From assembly GCA_903876875.1 (NCBI GenBank), contig CAIRBT010000130.1, positions 9,431-73,430 of the forward strand: a DNA stretch of 64,000 nt, written 5' to 3'. The notes beneath the pieces were generated by a model. It ran no database searches. It was given only the letters and a program-made list of their open reading frames with translations, and had not been told where the DNA came from. The position numbers and the translations under genes are program-made. The DNA is from an uncultured Geobacteraceae bacterium. GTDB taxonomy: Bacteria > Desulfobacterota > Desulfuromonadia > Geobacterales > Pseudopelobacteraceae. This document shows, one piece after another, positions 55,481-63,638 of this stretch. Each line of letters opens with the position of its first letter. The stretch's first letter is position 1.

Positions 55481-55497
55481 AGGCACCGGCACGGCAA
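55481..55497 (+). promoter_or_regulatory. Candidate sigma-54 (-24/-12) promoter
   Basis: aGGCACcggcacgGCAa. The GG (55482-83) and GC (55494-95) have the canonical 12-nt offset of TGGCAC-N5-TTGCW. The upstream region is AT-rich. Confidence 0.5.
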
Positions 55498-55534
55498 CCT
55501 CTTCTGTGGGGGATTGGCATGGAAGATGTATAGA

Positions 55535-55915
55535 ATGAGGTGCTTCATACGCTCCCGTGAAGGATATTTGTTGATCATTATGAAAAACAGAGACAAAAAA
55601 TACCGGCATCATCCTACGGAATCCCCACATTTTCATTCCTCAATGGTTGCACTGGCCGTTGATATGGCTGCGGATTTTAATAATATTCTGACTACCGTCA
55701 TGGGTGCCTGTACGTTAATTAAAAAAGATGATCCGGAAAATGCTGAACTTTTACAGTGTATTGCTCTTATTAATGCCTCCGCTGAACATGCGGCTCTCCT
55801 GACCAATCAGTTGGCTCACGTGACCTTTCAGAAATCAGTGTCTCTGTCGGATGCTCGCCGTGTTCAGGGTACGGTGAAATCAAATCAAATACATAAGGAA
55901 CTCTGTGATGAGTGA
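55535..55915 (+). CDS. DHp (HisKA)-like stand-alone protein lacking the phospho-acceptor histidine
   Basis: VALAVDMAADFNNILTTVMGACTLI aligns with the common H-box G(G)IAHDFNNLLT.I.GY.EL, but Ala (codon 55670-55672) replaces His. There is no HATPase domain. The start is uncertain (55526, 55535 or 55580). Confidence 0.6.
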   Translation: MRCFIRSREGYLLIIMKNRDKKYRHHPTESPHFHSSMVALAVDMAADFNNILTTVMGACTLIKKDDPENAELLQCIALINASAEHAALLTNQLAHVTFQKSVSLSDARRVQGTVKSNQIHKELCDE

Positions 55916-57122
55916 GTGTGGAATTATTACAGACCAGTCAATACCCCATGTTCTTGTTGTCGATGATGAACCTGAAATCCGTCATATGATTTCGCTCTGC
56001 CTTAAAAAGAGTAATTTTAATGTTGCAACAGCAGAAAGTGTGGCAGAAGCCTGCAATATGCTGGTGCTTGAGCATTTCGACGCCATCCTGAGCGATGTGA
56101 TGATGCCGGGTGAGGATGGCATTGCGTTTTTAGCACGGGTTCATGAACTTTGGCCGGACATTCCGGTTATCTTGATGACCGGCCATGCCCAATTGCAAAT
56201 GGCGGCGAACGCTATTAAGAATGGTGCCTTTGATTTTATCTGCAAACCTTTTGATTTTGAACTGATGCGCAAAATTATTCTTCGTGCGGTTAATTACTCG
56301 AAATTGCAAAGGATTGAGAAAAATTATCGTATTGAACTGGAAGAAACCGTGTTACGGCGTACCAGTGAGCTTAAAGAATCAATGTCTGAGCTGGACTACG
56401 CGCGGGCCGCACTTCAGCAGGCCGCCACGGCAAAGAGTACCTTCATGTCGACTGTTTCCCACGAAATGCGTACACCAATGAATGGTGTTCTCGGTGCTTT
56501 GGAACTTATTGCCGATGAAGGGGTGACCGGTATGGCCGCTGAATACCTGGCCATGGCCCGTGAATCGGCTGAAAGCATGATTGCACTCATTAACCAGATG
56601 CTTTCCTTTGCCACTCAGAGCAGTGCCGGTGAAGGGAATTGTAATCATGATCTTATTGACCCCCGCTCACTGTTGCACTCCCTTGTTGAAGGGATGCACT
56701 CGCAGTTTACCCGAAAAGGGGTAACGCTGGACTTTAGAGCTGGCGATGATGTACCGCGAAAAATATGGACTGATCATGAAAAGTTTAGTCGCTTATTTAC
56801 CATTTTGCTTGGTAATGCACTCAAGTTTACTCACCATGGTGCGGTGCAGTGTGAGTTGTCACACCATCAAACCGATGGTGGTGACCTACTCAACTGTGCC
56901 ATCACCGACAGTGGTATCGGCATTCCTGAAGGTATGTTGGAGCAGATCTTTGAACCATTTGTACAGGGAGACAGTTCTCTATCCCGCTCCTATGAGGGGG
57001 TTGGCCTGGGGTTGTCTATTGCTCGCCAGAATGCCGCATTACTCAATGGTCAGATTTGGGCGGAGCATGTTCCCTCCGGTGGCAGCCGTTTTATTGTTGT
57101 CATCAAAATCAGTACACCTTGA
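55905..57122 (+). CDS. Response-regulator/histidine-kinase fusion (REC-HisKA-HATPase)
   Basis: HVLVVDDEPEIR...LSDVMMPGEDG REC domain, H-box STVSHEMRTPMNGVLG, and DSGIGIP / GVGLGLSI G-boxes. 11-nt overlap with the upstream gene. Confidence 0.9.
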   Translation: MMSECGIITDQSIPHVLVVDDEPEIRHMISLCLKKSNFNVATAESVAEACNMLVLEHFDAILSDVMMPGEDGIAFLARVHELWPDIPVILMTGHAQLQMAANAIKNGAFDFICKPFDFELMRKIILRAVNYSKLQRIEKNYRIELEETVLRRTSELKESMSELDYARAALQQAATAKSTFMSTVSHEMRTPMNGVLGALELIADEGVTGMAAEYLAMARESAESMIALINQMLSFATQSSAGEGNCNHDLIDPRSLLHSLVEGMHSQFTRKGVTLDFRAGDDVPRKIWTDHEKFSRLFTILLGNALKFTHHGAVQCELSHHQTDGGDLLNCAITDSGIGIPEGMLEQIFEPFVQGDSSLSRSYEGVGLGLSIARQNAALLNGQIWAEHVPSGGSRFIVVIKISTP

Positions 57123-57147
57123 AATAAGCTTCTAAGGAGAATGAACC

Positions 57148-57546
57148 GTGAAATACCTGATTGCCGAAGATCACCTGATGTCCCGTCGCATACTCAAGGA
57201 GCTGCTTGCATCGCAGGGGGACTGTGATATTGCCGTAAATGGTCAGGAAGCGATTGATTCCTTCGTTCTCGCCCACGAGTCAAAACGCCCGTACGACGTT
57301 ATTTTTATGGATATCATGATGCCGATTGTTGATGGCATGGAGTCGTTACGCAGTATCAGGGCTATTGAGCGAGAAATGGAGATTCCACCCCATCTGATGG
57401 TTAAAGTGATTATGACGACCGCCCTTGATGACCCCCATACCGTGATCACCTCTTTTAATAAATGTGAAGCGGATGCCTTTATCGTTAAACCCCTGAGCAG
57501 ATCCAAGCTACTTAAGGAAATGCGGGCACTCAAACTGATTCAGTAA
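57148..57546 (+). CDS. Single-domain response regulator
   Basis: AAGGAG ribosome-binding site plus GTG start. YLIAEDHLMSRR..., FMDIMMPIVDG, VIMTTA. Confidence 0.88.
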   Translation: MKYLIAEDHLMSRRILKELLASQGDCDIAVNGQEAIDSFVLAHESKRPYDVIFMDIMMPIVDGMESLRSIRAIEREMEIPPHLMVKVIMTTALDDPHTVITSFNKCEADAFIVKPLSRSKLLKEMRALKLIQ

Positions 57547-57558
57547 GGGAAGTCCTCA

Positions 57559-59397
57559 ATGACATTATACCCCACATACCGCGACACATCTCTTTCGGGG
57601 GGCATAGAATTAACTGCATTACGGAGTTGGCCCGAGGTGCTGTTACCGGCAATTGCCACCTTGAAACTCATGGCAGGTACCACTGAAGATGAGTTTCTGC
57701 ATATTGGCTCCCGCATTCAATTACTGTACCATCGCTCAACTGACGTGTCGGGAATGTCCGGTCAGTTGGTCGAAGTGGTGTCCGGGATGACTGTTCAATC
57801 CCTGACGGATCGACTGCAGCGGATGATGGCCGATATGCAGGCTTATCTTTCTGAGGCTCGTGTACGCAGTAACGATAGCTGCCGTATTCTGGAAGAGGTA
57901 CAGCAGTTGCTTGAGAATCTATCGGCACCGATGGAAGGGTTCCAGAAAATTAACAAATCCCTCAGGATGTTGAGTATCTCAACAAAAATTGAGAGTGCCC
58001 GCCTGGGCGAACTTGGCAGCGGTTTTGTTAATCTGGCCATGGATGTAGAGAAGTTGTCACATCAGGTTAATGAAAAATCAGCGGCGATTTTGGCCCATCG
58101 CCTTCGCCTTTCAAATATGATCGGTGAAAATCTTGTGGGGGTTCACTCCTCTGAAGCGACACAGGATGCCACCGTTACTGCGTCATTGGCGAGTACCGCT
58201 TCCAGTTTGCAGGAACTGTTAACGGTTAATGAACGGTGTAACCGCTTTGGTGAAACGGTGGCGACTATTTCATCTGAAGTAGCTGGTGATATCAGCGAAA
58301 TGGTTGCCTCCATGCAGATGCACGACATGACCCGTCAGCAGGTTGAACATATTATCGAAGCACTGGAGCAGTTGCACGGTACTCTTAAAAACATTGATAT
58401 TGCCACTGTTAGTGAGGAGAAGGGGCGTGCCGTAACCGTGGAGTCCGGGGATGTGTGTGAATTACAGGAGGCGCAACTCCGTTTTTCTTCGACCGAATTA
58501 TATACGGCCGTTACCACGATAATCGGCAATTTACAGGATATCGATCAGAAACAACAGGCCATGGGGCACGAGGTTCATCTGGTTACCGGTGCCTCCGATT
58601 CATCAGGTGGCTCCTTTGTCGATGTCATGAGCGAGGGGATGACTTCTATTACCTCTGCTCTGACCTCCTGTGCCTGGGCCGACCGCAATATGTCCGATAC
58701 CATGGGGAGAGTTGCTGGTACCATCGGTGAAATAGCCTCTTTTGTCACCGATATTGAAATGATTGGTACTGAAATTGATCTCATTGCCCTTAATGCCCAG
58801 ATCAAGGCGGCACATACCGGAACCGAAGGAGCCGCTCTGGGGGTGCTTGCCGAGGCGATCAAGCGGCTCTCTGACGAAGCGGTGCGTCAGACCAGTTCGG
58901 TCGCGGGAACTTTAAAAAATATTTATACCGCCACGGAACATATGACCTGTAGCAGTGCCGATGAGGACCATCATCTCAGTAATCGGGTCATGGTCTTACA
59001 GGGGGATGTGGCTACCGTATTGCGGGAATTAGCGACTATGAATGGTGCAATTTCATCAATTCTCACCGGTTTGGGGCAAGAAATTGCCACCGTTACCGGT
59101 GATGTTGAGCAGCTGATAGCCGGGATTGATGTCCACTCACGAACCCGAACCATGGCCGAGGGGGTACTGGACGACCTTGCGCAAATTGTCTCTCAGGCTC
59201 GCAGCATTGTTCCCGCCAGTACGGAATTTAAGGAAAATCTCCGTTTTATGGAGCAACGTTACACCATGGAAAGTGAACGCCATATCCATGAATCCATAGC
59301 CCGTAAACGGAATGGACAGAGTCCGGTTGTCGTGAGGCAGACAGTTACTGCGGCAGTGGATGAATCAGAATTTGGTGATAATGTAGATTTATTTTAG
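57559..59397 (+). CDS. Soluble MCP-signalling-domain-like protein with two hairpin-tip-like segments
   Basis: No TM helix. aa 133-169 (KSLRMLSISTKIESARLGELGSGFVNLAMDVEKLSHQ) and aa 405-440 (EIDLIALNAQIKAAHTGTEGAALGVLAEAIKRLSDE) both align with the canonical MCP tip [35 protein letters not shown]. Confidence 0.7.
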   Translation: MTLYPTYRDTSLSGGIELTALRSWPEVLLPAIATLKLMAGTTEDEFLHIGSRIQLLYHRSTDVSGMSGQLVEVVSGMTVQSLTDRLQRMMADMQAYLSEARVRSNDSCRILEEVQQLLENLSAPMEGFQKINKSLRMLSISTKIESARLGELGSGFVNLAMDVEKLSHQVNEKSAAILAHRLRLSNMIGENLVGVHSSEATQDATVTASLASTASSLQELLTVNERCNRFGETVATISSEVAGDISEMVASMQMHDMTRQQVEHIIEALEQLHGTLKNIDIATVSEEKGRAVTVESGDVCELQEAQLRFSSTELYTAVTTIIGNLQDIDQKQQAMGHEVHLVTGASDSSGGSFVDVMSEGMTSITSALTSCAWADRNMSDTMGRVAGTIGEIASFVTDIEMIGTEIDLIALNAQIKAAHTGTEGAALGVLAEAIKRLSDEAVRQTSSVAGTLKNIYTATEHMTCSSADEDHHLSNRVMVLQGDVATVLRELATMNGAISSILTGLGQEIATVTGDVEQLIAGIDVHSRTRTMAEGVLDDLAQIVSQARSIVPASTEFKENLRFMEQRYTMESERHIHESIARKRNGQSPVVVRQTVTAAVDESEFGDNVDLF

Positions 59398-59409
59398 AAG
59401 GAGTCGCAG

Positions 59410-59757
59410 ATGTCTTTCAACAGCGTGGTCGATAAAAATGGTGCCATTATCATAGCCACCGGTGATCGTCTGACCATTGAAGTCGTTGGTGAGTTTGCTC
59501 AAATACTTACCGAATCACTGGGGGCTGCCAAAGAGGTGTATCTTGAATTTGCTCCTGAATTGGAAATTGACATAACCGGCGTGCAGCTTATCTGTGCAGC
59601 CTGTAAAACTGCCAGTCGGGAGGGTTCGGTCTTTTCCTTTCGGGGGCTGCTCCCGTCTGCATTGGTAGGTATGGTAGAAAGAAGCGGCATTCAGCGCAAT
59701 GCACCGTGTAAACATAATAATAATTCAACCTGTATCTGGTTTGGAGGTACCGAATAA
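59410..59757 (+). CDS. STAS-domain protein (anti-sigma-antagonist fold)
   Basis: 115 aa. Pattern ...IIIATGDRLTIEVVGEFAQIL...EVYLEFAPELEIDITGVQLICAA... is typical of SpoIIAA/STAS. GAAGGAG ribosome-binding site. Confidence 0.7.
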   Translation: MSFNSVVDKNGAIIIATGDRLTIEVVGEFAQILTESLGAAKEVYLEFAPELEIDITGVQLICAACKTASREGSVFSFRGLLPSALVGMVERSGIQRNAPCKHNNNSTCIWFGGTE

Positions 59758-60122
59758 TGGCAAAACTGATCATGACGGCTGACGACTCGGCCAGTGTACG
59801 GCAGATGGTGGCATTTACCCTGAAACAGAATGGCTATGAGGTTATTGAGGCGGTTGATGGTAAAGATGCACTCACCAAGTTGAGCAGCAAGAAAGTTGAT
59901 ATGTTACTCACCGACTTGAATATGCCACATCTTGACGGTATCGGACTGATTAAGGGGGTGCGCAGCAGTGCATTGAATAAATTTGTGCCGATTATCATGC
60001 TTACCACCGAGTCGAATGATGGCAAAAAGAGTGAAGGTAAAGCGGCTGGTGCCACCGGTTGGATTGTCAAACCTTTCAAGCCGGAACAGTTGATAGCCGT
60101 CGTTAAAAAAATTCTGGGGTAG
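59757..60122 (+). CDS. cheY: CheY-like response regulator
   Basis: ADDSASVRQMV..., LLTDLNMPHLDG, IIMLTTE and GATGWIVKPF. TAATG overlap with the STAS gene. Confidence 0.9.
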   Translation: MAKLIMTADDSASVRQMVAFTLKQNGYEVIEAVDGKDALTKLSSKKVDMLLTDLNMPHLDGIGLIKGVRSSALNKFVPIIMLTTESNDGKKSEGKAAGATGWIVKPFKPEQLIAVVKKILG

Positions 60123-60176
60123 TCACTACGGGGTGTTCGTATCCAGAAGTACTCTGGGTACGCTGAGGTTAGAGCC

Positions 60177-62300
60177 ATGATGGAGCAAACAATTATTACC
60201 TACCGGGATGAGGCCGGTGAACTGCTGGTTGAGTTGGAGGCCTCACTTCTTGAGCTGGAAGAGACTCCCGATGATATGGAGCTTATCAATCGGGTCTTCC
60301 GTGCCATGCATACCATCAAAGGGTCCGGGGCAATGTTTGGTTTTGATGAAATAGCCCTCTTCACCCATGAGGTGGAGACTGTTTTCGATCTGGTACGCAA
60401 TGGTAAGATGACGGTCACCAAGCGTCTGCTCGACCTGACGCTTCAGTCACGGGATCACATCTGCTACCTTCTGAGTCTGCCGGCGGATGAAGCCGTAGAC
60501 CGTACTGAAGGTGATGAAATTATCGCCGGTCTTCGTCAGTTGGTTCCTGCTCTCAAGCCTTCACCCGGAAGTTCTGCAGCTGCGCCTTCCCCTCAGTTAC
60601 CTCGGCTCTCCGGTGAGGATCTGGTAGAGGAAAAAACCTGGCGCATCCGTTTTCACCCAGATCCGAACATTCTCATGTGCGGTACCAATCCCATATCATT
60701 AATTAATGAACTGCGTGATCTGGGGATCGCTCATGTGGTGGCACAGATAGATGAAGTACCTCTTTTGGGGCAGATTGTCAGTGAACAATGTTACCTCTAT
60801 TGGGACATCATACTGACCACATCTCGTGGTGAAGATGCCATCAAGGATGTGTTCATTTTTGTGGAAGACGATTGTGAACTCAAGATAGATCTGATTGATA
60901 GTAGTGGCCTGATTGACCGTCATGACGGGTATAAAAAACTCGGTGATATTCTGGTAGAACGGGGTGATCTCTCTCCGGTTGAGATGCAGAAAGTACTGCA
61001 ATTGCAGAAACGCTTTGGCGAGTTACTGGTGGAACAGGGGGTGGTCTCTCCGGAAAAAGTTCAGTCGGCACTGGTGGAACAGCAGCATGTCAAGAATGTT
61101 CGACGAGAACGGAGCGAAGCACCCCAACAGGAGTCGGCCGCCAGTATTCGTGTTCCGGCCGAGCGGCTTGATCAGTTGATCAACCTGGTAGGTGAAATGG
61201 TTACGGTACAGGCCCACCTGACCCAGGTATCCATGGCAGGGGGTGATCCGGTCTTTATTGCCATCTCGGAAGAGGTGGAACGGCTCACCAATGAGCTTCG
61301 CGATACGGCACTCAATATTCGTATGCTCCCCATCGGCAGTACCTTCAGTAAGTTCAAACGTCTGGTGCGTGATCTCTCCGGTGAGTTGGGTAAGGATGTT
61401 GTCATGGAAACCTTCGGTGCCGAGACCGAGCTTGATAAGACGGTTATTGAAAAGCTCAACGACCCATTGGTTCATATCATTCGTAACAGCATCGATCATG
61501 GTATTGAGACCCCGGCAGCTCGCAATGCCGCAGGGAAAACCTCTACCGGTACGGTTTTCCTCGGTGCAGAGCATTCGGGTGACTCGGTACTTGTTACCAT
61601 ACGTGACGATGGTGGTGGTCTTGACCGCGATGCCATTCGTGACAAGGCGGTGGAGCGCGGCCTGATAGCAGCCACTGCGGAACTGACAGATCGGGAAATA
61701 TTTGCCCAGATCTTCTCCCCCGGTTTTTCCACCGCCAGCAAAGTCACCAGTGTGTCTGGTCGTGGTGTGGGAATGGATGTGGTTAAGCGGGGCATTGATG
61801 GCTTGCGGGGCACCATCAATGTGGAAAGTGTGCGGGGGAAGGGGACGACTATTACCCTCAAGATCCCGTTAACACTGGCTATCATCGAAAGCCTGCTGGT
61901 GAAAATCGGATCCGACCACTTTGTGCTCCCTCTGGCCATGATTGAAGAGTGTATTGAGCTGTCACGGAGTGATGTGGCGGCGGCCCATGGCCGCAACATG
62001 GCGGTGGTGCGCGGTACATTGACGCCTTACATATCTCTCCGTGAGCAGTTTGCCATTACCGGCAATCGGCCCGACATTGAGCAGATAGTTATTGCCTCGG
62101 TACAGGGGGTACGCATCGGTTTTGTGGTTGACTTTGTGGTTGGTGAACACCAAACCGTCATTAAGCCTCTGGGGCGGCTTTACCAGGATGTCCAGGGTAT
62201 TTCCGGTGCCACCATCCTTGGTGACGGTACGGTGGCTCTGATTCTCGATCCGGTTATTCTCTCCCGGGAAGCAGTTCTTATAGAAGCACAGCACCTCTAA
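60177..62300 (+). CDS. cheA: CheA histidine kinase (Hpt - MshEN-like insert - dimerisation - HATPase - CheW-like)
   Basis: Hpt RAMHTIKGSGAMFGF, H-kinase dimerisation RVPAERLDQLINLVGE, N/G boxes (HIIRNSIDHGIE, DDGGGLD, GRGVGMDVV), and a C-terminal CheW-like domain (ISGATILGDGTVALILD). Confidence 0.93.
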   Translation: MMEQTIITYRDEAGELLVELEASLLELEETPDDMELINRVFRAMHTIKGSGAMFGFDEIALFTHEVETVFDLVRNGKMTVTKRLLDLTLQSRDHICYLLSLPADEAVDRTEGDEIIAGLRQLVPALKPSPGSSAAAPSPQLPRLSGEDLVEEKTWRIRFHPDPNILMCGTNPISLINELRDLGIAHVVAQIDEVPLLGQIVSEQCYLYWDIILTTSRGEDAIKDVFIFVEDDCELKIDLIDSSGLIDRHDGYKKLGDILVERGDLSPVEMQKVLQLQKRFGELLVEQGVVSPEKVQSALVEQQHVKNVRRERSEAPQQESAASIRVPAERLDQLINLVGEMVTVQAHLTQVSMAGGDPVFIAISEEVERLTNELRDTALNIRMLPIGSTFSKFKRLVRDLSGELGKDVVMETFGAETELDKTVIEKLNDPLVHIIRNSIDHGIETPAARNAAGKTSTGTVFLGAEHSGDSVLVTIRDDGGGLDRDAIRDKAVERGLIAATAELTDREIFAQIFSPGFSTASKVTSVSGRGVGMDVVKRGIDGLRGTINVESVRGKGTTITLKIPLTLAIIESLLVKIGSDHFVLPLAMIEECIELSRSDVAAAHGRNMAVVRGTLTPYISLREQFAITGNRPDIEQIVIASVQGVRIGFVVDFVVGEHQTVIKPLGRLYQDVQGISGATILGDGTVALILDPVILSREAVLIEAQHL

Positions 62301-62309
62301 GGAGCCACG

Positions 62310-62906
62310 ATGGCCTTTACCTTCTTTTTTCGTGATTTACCGGTTCTTGAGTATGCTGTTGAACGCACCATTGCTCTTTCCATGGGGAGGATGCGTATTA
62401 AGGTGTGGGATGCCGGTTGTGCCCTTGGTCAGGAACCTTACACACTTGCCATTCTCTTTGCGGAGCGTCTGGGAGCCACCTTTAATAATCTCTACCTTGA
62501 CGCCACTGACTATGACAGTGAAAACAACTTTGGTGATGTGGTCAAGCTGGCAACCTATAAATATGAAGAGTTGCAGCGCATACCGGTGGATATTTTTAAG
62601 AAATATTTTGATGCACAGGGTAATGACTTATATCAAGTTACTGACAGGGTTCGGAATCGGGTTTTTTTCCAGTACCATAATCTTCTGTCACTAAAGCCGC
62701 ACGGCTCCGATTATGCACTTGTGGTCTGCAAAAACGTTCTGCTCCATTTCCAGTATGCCGAACGGATTGAAGTAATCAAAATGTACCATCAGTCACTCTG
62801 CCCCGGTGGCTATCTGGCCATGGAGAACACCCAGAAAATGCCGGTTGAAATTGAGCATCTGTTTGAACAGGTGGTTCCGGATGCCCAGTTGTACCGGAAA
62901 AAATGA
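62310..62906 (+). CDS. cheR: CheR-type SAM-dependent methyltransferase, catalytic domain only
   Basis: TFFFRD...RIKVWDAGCALGQEPYTLAI...VVCKNVLLHF. The usual N-terminal helical domain is absent (198 aa). Confidence 0.8.
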   Translation: MAFTFFFRDLPVLEYAVERTIALSMGRMRIKVWDAGCALGQEPYTLAILFAERLGATFNNLYLDATDYDSENNFGDVVKLATYKYEELQRIPVDIFKKYFDAQGNDLYQVTDRVRNRVFFQYHNLLSLKPHGSDYALVVCKNVLLHFQYAERIEVIKMYHQSLCPGGYLAMENTQKMPVEIEHLFEQVVPDAQLYRKK

Positions 62907-63499
62907 GAGTCAGAGAACTGGAGCAATCCCACGAGATTTACACCTGCCGCTCATATCTGATTCTTGGCGAGTGGAACCAGTTGGGTGATGTAAATACGCT
63001 GGTTGACCCGGGTACCGATGGAGCGGTGCTGGCTCAGATAGAAAAACTTTCTACCGGCTGCGGTAAGGTTCCGGTGTCCCAGATTCTGCTGACCCATAAC
63101 CACTTTGACCATGGCGGGGGCATCGGACAGATCAAGAAGATGTACGGCTGCCGGGTGTACGCCTGGTGTGACGGCAAGGATGTTGATGAGTTGCTGTATG
63201 ACGGGCAATTTCTTAAAGCAGGTGACGACCAGTTACAGGTGCTTCATACGCCGGGACACTCGTCTGATTCGATCTGTCTGTATAATTTGAAACAGAAGCT
63301 GCTTTTTTCCGGTGACACCCAGTTACGGGTTCGCTCCTCCGACGGGGTGTTCACACCGGAATATGTGGAATCATTACGTCGCCTGGCCCACCTGGATATA
63401 GAGATAGTGTACTCAGGTCACGATGAACCGGTAACCGGAGGTGTTCAGGAAATGCTCTATAATACGTTGGCTCAGGTACGACGAAGTAAAATATTCTAA
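62903..63499 (+). CDS. MBL-fold metallo-hydrolase
   Basis: LLTHNHFDHGGG (HxHxDH) and HTPGHS. ATGA overlap with the cheR-like gene. Confidence 0.85.
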   Translation: MRVRELEQSHEIYTCRSYLILGEWNQLGDVNTLVDPGTDGAVLAQIEKLSTGCGKVPVSQILLTHNHFDHGGGIGQIKKMYGCRVYAWCDGKDVDELLYDGQFLKAGDDQLQVLHTPGHSSDSICLYNLKQKLLFSGDTQLRVRSSDGVFTPEYVESLRRLAHLDIEIVYSGHDEPVTGGVQEMLYNTLAQVRRSKIF

Positions 63500-63638
63500 T
63501 CCGAGTTGTGGTGAGTAATTAAAGAAAACTATTAAAAGGGGGTGTCAAGGGGTCTTGCTGTTTTGTTAACGTTTATTTGCAGAATATGGGGTTGTGGTAA
63601 CAGTTTATGAACGAATTTATTTCTCGGAGGTAACAGGT

